Of a stretch of DNA of 64,000 bases, positions 1 through 9,489 are shown piece after piece. Positions within the stretch are counted from its first letter, which is position 1. Each line of letters opens with the position of its first letter. Source of the DNA: a bacterium. Lineage in GTDB: Bacteria > Hinthialibacterota > Hinthialibacteria > Hinthialibacterales > Hinthialibacteraceae. Under the pieces are notes generated by a model. It was not told the DNA's origin. It saw nothing but the letters and a program-made list of their open reading frames with translations, and ran no database searches. The stretch spans positions 608,001 to 672,000 of the forward strand of contig CAXXMV010000001.1 in NCBI GenBank assembly GCA_963662285.2, given 5' to 3'. The translations under genes and the position numbers were made by a program.

Positions 1-20
1 CTAAAGAGACCGAAAAAGAA

Positions 21-1004
21 GTGAAGGCTATGCGAAAAAAGTTTCCGCACTACGGTCCTAAAAAATTACGGGTGGAACTGAAAAAAAAGGATGCGACGAA
101 GCACTGGCCGGCAATCAGTACGATTGGCGAGATACTAAAACGCAAAAATCTGATTGTCAGCCGCAAGCAAAAAGATCGCGCCAAACCAAGTGGTGAAGCG
201 TTAACCGAATTCGACCAAGTGAACCGCGTATGGTGCGCGGATTTCAAAGGAGATTTTCTAACGGGAGACGAACATCGATGTTTCCCTTTAACCGTATCGG
301 AAGGGGCTAGCCGCTATTTACTCTGCTGCCAAGGCATGCAAGAAACCAATGGCGCATTGGTACGCGTAATTTTCGAGCAGATTTTTCGCGAGTATGGTTT
401 ACCAGAAGTCATTCGAACGGATAACGGGGCGCCCTTTGCGTCGACCGGAATCGGAGGGTTAACCAAATTATCCGTGTGGTGGATAAAACTGAGAATTTAT
501 CCAGAACGAATCCAGCCGGGTCGGCCTCAACAAAATGGCCGTCATGAGCGAATTAACCGGACCTTGAAAGCAGAGGCCATTTCTCCACCAGCGCCAACGC
601 TGCGTGAACAACAAAAACGTTTTGATCAATTTCAAAAAGTGTACAACGAAGAGCGGCCTCATGAGAGTTTGGGACAACGACCTCCCGCGCAGTTGTATCA
701 ACCCTCGCCGCGCGTCTATTCAGGTAAAGCGCCGAATTGGGAGTATCCAGAGACCATGCAGGTGCGCCAAGTGAAAACCCATGGTGAAATCAGTTGGCGA
801 AGCAAGCATTGGTATTTGGGGGAAGCTTTGGGAGGTGAATTGGTGGGACTAGAGGAATTGGAAGAGAATAATTGGCGCATTAGTTTGGGTAACGTGATTC
901 TCGGTTGGTTGAATATGTCAAAAGGTGAGGTGGTGCGTGAATTGTCTTTGAGACGCATCAATCATCCAAAAGCAATCAGTCACCCGGCAGTATGTCCCAG
1001 GTAA
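21..1004 (+). CDS. IS481-family DDE transposase (probably 5'-truncated by window edge)
   Basis: rve integrase-core motifs WCADFKG, IRTDNGAPF, NGRHER, YNEERPH; frame open from position 3. Confidence 0.9.
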   Translation: MKAMRKKFPHYGPKKLRVELKKKDATKHWPAISTIGEILKRKNLIVSRKQKDRAKPSGEALTEFDQVNRVWCADFKGDFLTGDEHRCFPLTVSEGASRYLLCCQGMQETNGALVRVIFEQIFREYGLPEVIRTDNGAPFASTGIGGLTKLSVWWIKLRIYPERIQPGRPQQNGRHERINRTLKAEAISPPAPTLREQQKRFDQFQKVYNEERPHESLGQRPPAQLYQPSPRVYSGKAPNWEYPETMQVRQVKTHGEISWRSKHWYLGEALGGELVGLEELEENNWRISLGNVILGWLNMSKGEVVRELSLRRINHPKAISHPAVCPR

Positions 1005-1462
1005 AAAATGAGCTAGGGAAGTATCAAGATGAGGAATAATTCAGGTATTAATTTTCCTGAGATTGAATCCAGATCGTCCCTTTTTCGAGAAAATCAAAGA
1101 GCGCACGGGTGAAAAAAAAGGTGGCAATATCGGGGGCGCCGCCCCCGTACCCCCGGAGTTTTTTTAGGCATTAGCACAAACTCCAGATAGTATGCAAAAA
1201 AAAGCAAAGGGACGGTTCTAAATCCGTCCCTTTAGCGACTATCCGTCGCCCGTGCACCAGGATATCCCTTGACAGGTTGCTCTCCAGCAGAGCCTGTCTC
1301 CGTTTCTCCTGGTGATAATAACTATCGGATAGCTCGAAATAATCTGTAGAAAAAGAAGTAAAAAAACAGTTCTAGCAAGTAAGCAATTCAGAATACGTTG
1401 ATATACCTGAAAACGGATTATCTCTTTAAAAAAACAGATAAGTTGCCATAATTTGCGAGACA

Positions 1463-1510
1463 AAAGTGTAAACCATGTGCCCGGTCTAAAGTGTAAACTA
1501 TGTGCCCGGT
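1463..1510 (+). repeat. Tandem 23-bp repeats at IS right end (transposase binding sites)
   Basis: AAAGTGTAAACCATGTGCCCGGT (1463-1485) and AAAGTGTAAACTATGTGCCCGGT (1488-1510), 25-bp period. Confidence 0.85.
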
Positions 1511-1716
1511 CATTCAGTCCCAGGCCTTTACAAAGATTGGGAGAGGTTAGGAGAGGGTTGATAGCGACCACTTTTGTAAAGAAATATCCAACGATGTTAG
1601 TAGGCAATGAATCCAAACAAAACTTGTGGATAATGACCAGAGTTTTGGGGAAATGGATTTTGGATATATAACCATTTATATTTTTTTGACTTAGATATAA
1701 ATAATACTGTAGCCAA

Positions 1717-1767
1717 ACATTCCTCTCCCAAGATTGGGAGAGGTCAGGTGAGGGTTGATAACAATCA
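1717..1767. repeat. REP-like palindromic repeat family 1
   Basis: CCTCTCCCAAGATTGGGAGAGG hairpin plus T(C/T)AGGTGAGGG tail; near-identical copy at 30674-30724; relatives near 1535, 12555-12640, 13645-13860, 17872/18235, 20802, 26824, 30575. Confidence 0.8.
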
Positions 1768-1792
1768 ACCTCGAGAAGAGATAGTTATTTTC

Positions 1793-2749
1793 ATGGCTCA
1801 ACCAACCATCATTGCCGCAGGTCTGGCTTGCCTCGATGTTATGGGGATCGATTCTGAACAAATCCCCCGGCTTTCAACTGGCGGTTTTCCCAATGCGCTG
1901 ATAATCCTCAAAACCAAGGGCTGGAATGCCATCGCTCTGGCAGGTCTCGGCGCAGACCGGGCGGGAGATTATGTACTTCAAGAATTCAATGATTGGGGCA
2001 TCGACGCGCGTTTTGTACAACGCATGCCTGATATCAATACCCCGGTCTATGTTCTATATCATACGAAAGATGGTCATTTTTACGGTAAGGAATGCCCATA
2101 CTGCAAAATCCATTTCCCTCTATATTCTCCTATAGAATCAGAGACTATCGAAAGAATCCTACCGCAACTGCCGCAGCGGATCAACTTGTTTTATTTCGAT
2201 AAAGTGGCGCAGTCGCTCTTAAATCTGGCGCACTATTATAAAAAGCGCTCCGCCTTAACCATGTTCGAACCCAACCGTATAGATGATCAAGAGACATTTC
2301 ATCAAAGCGCCGCCACATCCGATATCATGAAATATTCCAACGAACGGCGCTCTGGAGTTCAAGCAATAACCGATTCTCTGCCGATTCCTCTTGAGATTGA
2401 AACTGCCGGACAGCAGGGACTTCATTACCGGATATTCAGCAATGGAACACGCAGCGCATGGCGCCCTTTGCCATCAGTATCCACTTCCGGTTTCGTTGAT
2501 GCCGCTGGCGCAGGCGATTGGTTGACCGCCAGCCTGATTGATTCAGTATGCCGTGATGGAGATTTCCATTCCATCATTGCCAATCAATCTCTTCTGGAAG
2601 AAATTCTAATAAAAGGCCAACGCGCATCAGCCGGAAATTGTCGCTATGCCGGCGCCAGAGGCTTGCTCTACAAAGAACGCAACATGCTGAACGGCAACGA
2701 CTTTTGTCCATATTGCCATGGAAACAATAAACCAAAGGATGCCTGCTGA
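1793..2749 (+). CDS. PfkB-family carbohydrate kinase
   Basis: GLGADRAG and C-terminal DAAGAGD anion-hole motif; ATG 1793 preferred because the GTG at 1748 lies in a repeat. Confidence 0.8.
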   Translation: MAQPTIIAAGLACLDVMGIDSEQIPRLSTGGFPNALIILKTKGWNAIALAGLGADRAGDYVLQEFNDWGIDARFVQRMPDINTPVYVLYHTKDGHFYGKECPYCKIHFPLYSPIESETIERILPQLPQRINLFYFDKVAQSLLNLAHYYKKRSALTMFEPNRIDDQETFHQSAATSDIMKYSNERRSGVQAITDSLPIPLEIETAGQQGLHYRIFSNGTRSAWRPLPSVSTSGFVDAAGAGDWLTASLIDSVCRDGDFHSIIANQSLLEEILIKGQRASAGNCRYAGARGLLYKERNMLNGNDFCPYCHGNNKPKDAC

Positions 2750-2751
2750 TA

Positions 2752-3294
2752 ATGACTAAAAAATGGCGTACAATTTCCTCTGAGGTCGTATTAAACACTC
2801 CCGGAGTTAAAGTCAGAAAAGATAAAGTTGACATGATGAATGGACGGGTGGTCGATGATTTCTATGTCTTTGAAATCAACGAATGGTCAACTATAGTCCC
2901 TCTGACCGAAGACGGAAAACTGATAATAGTCGAACAATATCGTCATGGGGTGGGGGATATAACGCTAGAGTTTCCTGCCGGACTGATTGACGCCGATGAG
3001 TCACCCCTGATCACCGCACAGCGGGAACTTACCGAAGAGACGGGCTATAGCAGCGACGATTGGCGGCCATTAGGCAAATATCATCTGGGACCATCCAAAA
3101 TACTCAATTCCTTCCATCTATTCCTGGCCAAGAACTGTAAACTAACCCACGCACAAAACCTTGATGACACTGAAGATATACGCGTATTGACCGTAACCCT
3201 GGAAGAATTTGAGCGCCTCTTCGAAGAAGGCAAAATCTCCGACGTAGATTCATCAATCGGATGGTTGATATGTCAAACCAAAGGTTTGTTTTAG
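2752..3294 (+). CDS. NUDIX hydrolase (ADP-ribose pyrophosphatase-like)
   Basis: Nudix box GLIDADESPLITAQRELTEETGY; QYRH and LEFPAG motifs. Confidence 0.9.
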   Translation: MTKKWRTISSEVVLNTPGVKVRKDKVDMMNGRVVDDFYVFEINEWSTIVPLTEDGKLIIVEQYRHGVGDITLEFPAGLIDADESPLITAQRELTEETGYSSDDWRPLGKYHLGPSKILNSFHLFLAKNCKLTHAQNLDDTEDIRVLTVTLEEFERLFEEGKISDVDSSIGWLICQTKGLF

Positions 3295-3314
3295 GTTTCG
3301 CCCTGAATGACCAG

Positions 3315-3359
3315 ACGGGTGGCAAGGGCAGTGTATTTTCTGCCCTTGATCAAACCACC
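3315..3359. repeat. REP-like palindromic repeat family 2
   Basis: GGGTG(G/C)CAAGGGC-N-GCCCTTGAT; copies at 13727-13778, 17941-17975, 18126-18161, 28237-28256 (half copy), 30498-30537. Confidence 0.8.
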
Positions 3360-3392
3360 TAATATTAATTTATGGTGAGGGATATTTTCAAA

Positions 3393-3902
3393 TCACTCAA
3401 AATAACTATATATTTTCACATCAGACATAGACATCGTATATTTGCATCCAGGAATACTAACGTATCCTTGTATAGTTCCAGAAAAATTGAGTCCCTGCCG
3501 GTCAGTCAGCTGTGCGGCGACCTCCTGCGGGATTTTCTCCAAAACTACATCCGGTAGACCACCAGCGTTTTCATCCATATCAATTACTAAACGGCATAAG
3601 CCGTTTTCTTCATCTATTGATTTTACAAAATATCCGATCCAGCCTTCAACCTTTTTGCCGGATAAGTTCTTACCGTATTTCTGGGTTTGCTCAGAAGTCA
3701 TCATCTGCTGGTTAAGCCGCAGTTTCCTAAACTCCACTCCAACGGCGATCGGCGTCGGGCCGGGAACAACAGTCGGAGTAGGCAATTGAACTACTTGCGG
3801 AATTTGAGTTGGCGCCGCCTGAGGAGGCGCTGGTTGTTCACAAGCCATAAATCCAAAAACTACCATTAACAGCAAACAAGAAAAAGCATACTTAACTCTC
3901 AT
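3393..3902 (-). CDS. Hypothetical lipoprotein with Pro/Thr linker
   Basis: Hydrophobic N-terminus with FMAC lipobox-like site, then PTPT linker. Confidence 0.7.
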   Translation of the reverse strand: MRVKYAFSCLLLMVVFGFMACEQPAPPQAAPTQIPQVVQLPTPTVVPGPTPIAVGVEFRKLRLNQQMMTSEQTQKYGKNLSGKKVEGWIGYFVKSIDEENGLCRLVIDMDENAGGLPDVVLEKIPQEVAAQLTDRQGLNFSGTIQGYVSIPGCKYTMSMSDVKIYSYFE

Positions 3903-4038
3903 ATTTACAAACCTTAACTTTTATTTTTGTGAATGCAGATTGCATTGCAAAATATTAATTTTAATCCCATATTAAAGACGATTATGTTATGATTTTGTAA
4001 CGATTTACCAGTGAGATATATCACATCATCCAAATCAA

Positions 4039-5193
4039 TCATCTAATCTTATAATAATTCCACATCTCTTCTTTATCTCCATCGGTGGTTTCAATCCTGA
4101 TCCGGTAGGCGACGCTTTCACCCTGAGGAATTGGATCAATAGTCCATGAGATATTGATATAATCATCTTCTTCCACCGTGTAATGGGGACCGATTTTTTT
4201 GAATGGTTCTTTAAGGTTTTGTTGATATTCCGCTTCGATCTTTTTGGGTATAAAGCGCTTCGGGAAAGAGGCGGTGATATGCACCGCATCAGTTGCGGAA
4301 GGTCGAAGCGGTGAATGACTGACGCTGAAGGTGGAAAACAACGAATCGTCATCTGCGCTATCTGTGTTTTTCCATCCTAACGCCAGTTTTTGATCTTCAT
4401 CGATCCAGGTTTGATTAATACTTCCATAATATTGAGCTAATCCCATGATGGAATTATTGATTGGCTCAGGATGCGGCAGCCCGATGCTATGCCCGATGCC
4501 TTCATGATAAACCACGCAATCGCTGCCCATCAGCGGAACGCGCCATCCATCAGCCGTTACTAATCCAAGCCCGATATGTTCCTGCGGCCAAAAAACAGCT
4601 CGAGATCCCCCACAGCGCGATCCGGGACGGTCTTCTCCTTCTGCATTGACATAACCGGCGCATTTGGAATGCGGTTCATCAAAAATACATCCTTCACCAG
4701 AGCATTCGCGGGTCCAGTCATCGTATGACGGAGAAAAATTGTTATCCGACAAAAGCAGGATTATAGGAAACGACTCAGCCTCAAATTGAAGTTCGCCTGA
4801 ATGCCAGACCTCGTTGATCATCTGCCAATAGAATTTATTGACATCATCCTTGGGAAGCCCGGCAAGCGTGGTTGATGAAATAAAAGGTTTGGCGTAAATA
4901 CTATAGTTGAATTGAGATTGGCCCGAAAATTCCCGGTTATGGAATTTCTGCGCCCGCCGCATCAAATACTCAATACGGTCATGCCAGTCATCTAATGGAA
5001 CTGAGTCATTGGGAAGATAATATACAACCTGCACATCAATTACCTTGATGCAGTCCGTTGCGCCTAATGTATGCATTTCTGCAGTACCGGATATTGAACA
5101 AAAGGCTGGCGAGATGCACAATACCGATAATAATGTCAAGGAAATGACAAGGATGCTTTTCGGAAGTAGTATGATTAAATGTTTAGTTGTCAT
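4039..5193 (-). CDS. Secreted zinc metallopeptidase-like protein
   Basis: Signal peptide; HEGIGHSIGLPH zinc motif followed by SIMG Met-turn. Confidence 0.65.
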   Translation of the reverse strand: MTTKHLIILLPKSILVISLTLLSVLCISPAFCSISGTAEMHTLGATDCIKVIDVQVVYYLPNDSVPLDDWHDRIEYLMRRAQKFHNREFSGQSQFNYSIYAKPFISSTTLAGLPKDDVNKFYWQMINEVWHSGELQFEAESFPIILLLSDNNFSPSYDDWTRECSGEGCIFDEPHSKCAGYVNAEGEDRPGSRCGGSRAVFWPQEHIGLGLVTADGWRVPLMGSDCVVYHEGIGHSIGLPHPEPINNSIMGLAQYYGSINQTWIDEDQKLALGWKNTDSADDDSLFSTFSVSHSPLRPSATDAVHITASFPKRFIPKKIEAEYQQNLKEPFKKIGPHYTVEEDDYINISWTIDPIPQGESVAYRIRIETTDGDKEEMWNYYKIR

Positions 5194-5339
5194 ATCAGTT
5201 CTTTGTTGAGAGTGATTATCGAAAAAAAGTTCGTTTAGAGTGGTTATAATAAACCGCTCTATTTGATTTTACGAGTGATCAGGAAAACAGCAAAGATCAA
5301 CTCTTCATAATATTGTTTTTTTTAATAAGGATAAACGTC

Positions 5340-6647
5340 ATGTTTAGAATAGTTCAACAGTGTTTGGTTTATTGCCTATATACCTGGCTTCTACTTAGCG
5401 TTCTGTCAATCAATGCGTTTACGGATAATAAAGAAGACAATCCGACCGATTATATGATTATCGTAACCGGCGGCGAACTGCTGCGCGGAGTTTACGCAGA
5501 TGGACATGCTTATTTCATTACGCGCATCCTGGAGCCTTTGGGGTGCCGTTGCATCGGAACCATGTGCGTCGGCGACCAATATAAAGATTTATATGACGCA
5601 CTGCAATATGCTTCTCAAAAAACCAATTTGATCATCGTAACGGGAGGACTCGGACCAACTGACGATGATATAACCCGCAAATCCCTATCAGAATTCACCA
5701 AAATCCCCCTCCAGGAAAATCCCGAAGCAGTCAAAGATATGATGCGTCGATTCAATGTTGATGACGTAAATAAGATACGGCAAAACCTGCGCATTCAAAC
5801 CCATACTCCTGTAAAAGGAACTTATTTCCCGAATCCAAACGGTACGGCGGTTGGCCTTGTATATGATGATGGCAAGCGCGTCATTAGCGCTTTACCCGGC
5901 CCGCCCCGCGAGTTGCAACCTATGGTGCAAGATTATTTAATCCCTTTTCTGGCTCAGCGGTTCGGGATTCATTCTATAGGCTGTTCAATCACCATGCGTT
6001 TTGTGGGTATTGGCGAATCGAACATCGATCACACCATGCATCAAAACATGACTTTGCCTGAACATTTAATGATATCATCCTTGTTTGAATTCGGCCGGGT
6101 CGATTTAACTTTTTCTCTTCCTGGCAACACAGATGAAGACAAAAAGCGGTTGAAAAGTCTGGAAAAGGAACTGTTGACGTATATCAATGATTATTTCTAT
6201 ACCGATGAGGGATTGAGTTTGGAGGAATGCGTTATTGGTTTATTTAAGGAAAAAGGATTGATATTCACCACTGCCGAGGTGGGCAGCGGTGGATCGCTGG
6301 CGGCCAGTTTGAATTATTCTGAAGGCGTAAATCAAGTCTATAAAGGCGGGTATACGGCTCCAAACAATAAAGCCATGGCGAATGTTCTGGGTATTCCAGT
6401 AGACGTTAACAACGGTGACGCCCTTTCAAAGAAAGAAGAAACCGAACGCATCGCCCATTGGTTATGCAAAGATTCGACCAAACAATGGTCGTTGGCTATC
6501 AGTGAAATTATTGAAGAGGATGATTCACGATTTGTATGGATCGCCTTTGGGTCAACCCAGGACGGTTTTGATGTGGAACGCGTCTCAATGCGTGGACATG
6601 GCGAAACCGGCCAAGCCAGATTGGTAAATAAGCGCTTGATCTACTGA
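5340..6647 (+). CDS. cinA: CinA-like protein (MoCF-binding domain plus degenerate PncC domain)
   Basis: IIVTGGELL, TGGLGPTDDDIT, LPGPPREL and GIGES motifs; RBS AAGGA before ATG 5340. Confidence 0.8.
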   Translation: MFRIVQQCLVYCLYTWLLLSVLSINAFTDNKEDNPTDYMIIVTGGELLRGVYADGHAYFITRILEPLGCRCIGTMCVGDQYKDLYDALQYASQKTNLIIVTGGLGPTDDDITRKSLSEFTKIPLQENPEAVKDMMRRFNVDDVNKIRQNLRIQTHTPVKGTYFPNPNGTAVGLVYDDGKRVISALPGPPRELQPMVQDYLIPFLAQRFGIHSIGCSITMRFVGIGESNIDHTMHQNMTLPEHLMISSLFEFGRVDLTFSLPGNTDEDKKRLKSLEKELLTYINDYFYTDEGLSLEECVIGLFKEKGLIFTTAEVGSGGSLAASLNYSEGVNQVYKGGYTAPNNKAMANVLGIPVDVNNGDALSKKEETERIAHWLCKDSTKQWSLAISEIIEEDDSRFVWIAFGSTQDGFDVERVSMRGHGETGQARLVNKRLIY

Positions 6648-6668
6648 GAAGGCGTTTGAGGTGATCCG

Positions 6669-7499
6669 TCAAGTAATATAAGGCCGACTCGCCTTCCACA
6701 CAGCAAGTACTGATTCCAAAAACGCTTCGATTGAATCGAGAGCGATCATGTTTGGACCATCGCTAAGCGCCTGATTTGGATTGGGATGAGTTTCAATAAA
6801 AAAGCCATCCACTCCAACCGCCGCAGCGGCGCGGGCCAGATATGGCGCCCATTCCCGGCGTCCCCCGGTTGAGGCGCCTTGACCTCCTGGTTGTTGTACG
6901 CTGTGAGTCACGTCAAAAATAACCGGAGCAAACTGCCGCATAATGGGTAGCGCCCGCATATCTACTACCAGGTTATTATATCCAAACGATGAACCTCTTT
7001 CGGTTATACAAACCTTTGAATTACCTTGACTTTTTACCTTAACGCATGCATAACGCATTCCATCCGGGTCCATGAACTGTCCCTTTTTTATGTTTACCGG
7101 GCGACCCGTCTTAGCGCAGGCTTCGAGAAGATCAGTCTGACGGCAAAGAAATGCGGGAATCTGTAAAATATCGACATGCTCAGCGACAATGGCCGCCTGA
7201 TAACTTTCATGGACATCGGTTATTACAGGAATCCCAAGATCACGGCGTACTTTTGAAAGAATATCGAGTGCATCATTAAAACCAATCGAACGAAAAGAAT
7301 CCTTGCTTGTGCGGTTCGCTTTATCAAAAGAAGCCTTAAATACGAATGGAATATCCAGACGCGCAGTAATCTCTTTCAATTGCTGCGCAATTTCATAAAC
7401 CATATCCCGTGATTCAATCACGCATGGACCAGCGATTAATACCAGTTTCTCCCCCCCCAGCTGTACTCCGGGAGCAATCTCGAAAGATGATGAATGCAT
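6669..7499 (-). CDS. kdsA: KDO8P synthase
   Basis: IAGPCVIES, KASFDKANRTS, QIPAFLCRQTDLL, KKGQF, DVTHSVQ. Confidence 0.97.
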   Translation of the reverse strand: MHSSSFEIAPGVQLGGEKLVLIAGPCVIESRDMVYEIAQQLKEITARLDIPFVFKASFDKANRTSKDSFRSIGFNDALDILSKVRRDLGIPVITDVHESYQAAIVAEHVDILQIPAFLCRQTDLLEACAKTGRPVNIKKGQFMDPDGMRYACVKVKSQGNSKVCITERGSSFGYNNLVVDMRALPIMRQFAPVIFDVTHSVQQPGGQGASTGGRREWAPYLARAAAAVGVDGFFIETHPNPNQALSDGPNMIALDSIEAFLESVLAVWKASRPYIT

Positions 7500-7781
7500 C
7501 GACTTTATTATCCTTAATTACAATATCAATAATGAAAAAAACAAGTATATACGAATTAGTTTATAGCGATTAACAAAACTATAAACGTATTGAAAGCACT
7601 GGATTTCTTAAAAATCCCATCTTTTCAAGATTTTTTAACCACCGCATTAACGCATGTAATATTGAGAATCGCTCTAACAACAGGCTACATCAGGAATCAT
7701 TTTTTTGAAGATGTTCGGGTAGATTTTACTAAAGGAATAAGAATCTATAGATAGATGCCAAGTATTCGTATCACGGTGTAC

Positions 7782-8426
7782 TTATATTACTTTAAGAATA
7801 GAGTTTTCTCCGCCAAACGAATTGGGCGATTTATGCGGATTCGCCGGATCGGTTATAGGTAGATCGTCGACCAGAAACAGATATTCATATTGCCCCGGTT
7901 TCAGATTAATCTGAGTAGACCAGAGTCCACTATTAGATGAATGCAAAGAAATCGCCTGACCCTCATCCCAGTCGATAAAGTCCCCAATTAACTGAACTTG
8001 CTTGGCTTCAGGAAGTGAAACAGATAGTTCGACTGATTTTAAAGTATTTGAATTAATCCGGGATCGATTACTTTTTAGACGTTCTCGTTCATCAGAATCA
8101 GGAGAAATAATAAAGTAGCCTTTTACTGAGCATCCCGGTTGAACTCTCAGACAAGGCGCCACAACGTCTGATTCCAAATTACACGATTCTATTAAAATAA
8201 CTTTACTAGTCGCTTCGATAGGTCCCTGAGTCATACCTTCGATTAATGCTTCGCTGGTGTTTATTTCTCCCCGAACAGCGCCATGTTTCAACACGCGAAC
8301 TCTTTGCTTGGCGATGACCTGTCCTTCAATCATTCCATCAATACATACGCTTCCCTCGGTTTTCAAGATTCCTGAAGCTCGAGTACGATGGTCGATAAAA
8401 CTCTCTGCATTAGCATCTGTTACCAT
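7782..8426 (-). CDS. Bactofilin domain fused to CBM48/AMPK-beta-like glycogen-binding domain
   Basis: N-terminal beta-helix repeats (IDGMIEGQV, GAVRGEI); C-terminal VQLIGDFIDW...LKPGQYEYLFLVD...DPANP. Confidence 0.75.
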   Translation of the reverse strand: MVTDANAESFIDHRTRASGILKTEGSVCIDGMIEGQVIAKQRVRVLKHGAVRGEINTSEALIEGMTQGPIEATSKVILIESCNLESDVVAPCLRVQPGCSVKGYFIISPDSDERERLKSNRSRINSNTLKSVELSVSLPEAKQVQLIGDFIDWDEGQAISLHSSNSGLWSTQINLKPGQYEYLFLVDDLPITDPANPHKSPNSFGGENSILKVI

Positions 8427-8882
8427 TTTTTTCCCAACTTAAAAACAATCTATAACACACTGTCAACACAAAATATAATCAGATTAATCGATATATAATA
8501 AATTGATTATAAATAAGCATTCATAAATCTCAAGTTGTCATGCAAATATAAAGAAATATTATTTTTTGCTTTACAAATTTAATTTCTGTAAAGCATTTAT
8601 TATATAAAATTTATATTACTTGAAATTACAGTCATTATCCATGATGCTCCATTTATTATCAATTCAATCAATTTAACTTAAAAAAGTTTGCTCTTTAGCG
8701 CCACTGGGATTCACAAAAGGCAATAAATTTGAGATTATACTTACACTCATTATTGCTAGACGCCAAAAAGCCATTAAATACATACGCCAATTCTTCGGTA
8801 AGTTCTTTATTTTATTTGATGTTTTTTTATTTTCTAAACGGATATAAGTTATACAAAGAATAAGATTGGCTGGAATATTAAC

Positions 8883-9314
8883 ATGAAATTACGCCAGATA
8901 TCAGTATTTGTAGAAAACCGCATTGGCCGGGTGGCCGAATTAACCCATCTTCTGGGAGTAAACGATATCAATATCCGCGCCGTATCATTGGCCGATACCC
9001 ATGATTTCGGGATCGTCCGGCTGATTGTAAACCATGTCGACCGGGCGCTCGATATTCTGCGCGAACATAAATTCACCGTTCATGACACTGAAGTAATCGC
9101 CATCTCCATTCCCGACGAACCTGATGGACTTGCCAAAGTATTATTTATGCTGAGTGAGGAAAAACTGGATGTCGGTTATTTATACGGATTTGTTGAACAA
9201 ACGGGGAGAAACGCAATTCTTATCTTCCGCTTTGAAGAAGTTGACCGGGCCATAGAAATCATTAATTCCAAAGGCTTACGCATCATAAGCGGAGAAGAAT
9301 TATACAAGATGTAA
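8883..9314 (+). CDS. Tandem ACT domain protein
   Basis: QISVFVENRIG...INIRAVSLADT...DEPDGL, typical of paaK-linked ACT proteins. Confidence 0.9.
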   Translation: MKLRQISVFVENRIGRVAELTHLLGVNDINIRAVSLADTHDFGIVRLIVNHVDRALDILREHKFTVHDTEVIAISIPDEPDGLAKVLFMLSEEKLDVGYLYGFVEQTGRNAILIFRFEEVDRAIEIINSKGLRIISGEELYKM

Positions 9315-9489
9315 AAAGCAAACCAACATTTTTTAGTTTTATTTTATACATACTATGCATTAGATAGCAAAATCACTAATTATCGAAGAAAGGAGGTGGC
9401 TTCCATTCGAGACAGAAACATTACAGCCGAATAATTGCTATAAGACTGTTACAGGAAATCAAATAAAAAATTACGGGAGGAATATTAGA

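Larger units (their letters stand above)
1..1516 (+). mobile_element. IS481-family insertion sequence, left end outside window
   Basis: Transposase ORF, then ~500 bp non-coding tail ending in tandem terminal repeats and ...CATTCA at 1516. Confidence 0.8.

Noticed and set aside
1239-1671. ORFs 1239-1616 and 1453-1671 as IS passenger genes
   Set aside because: They run across the IS terminal repeats and a REP and show no protein-like motifs.
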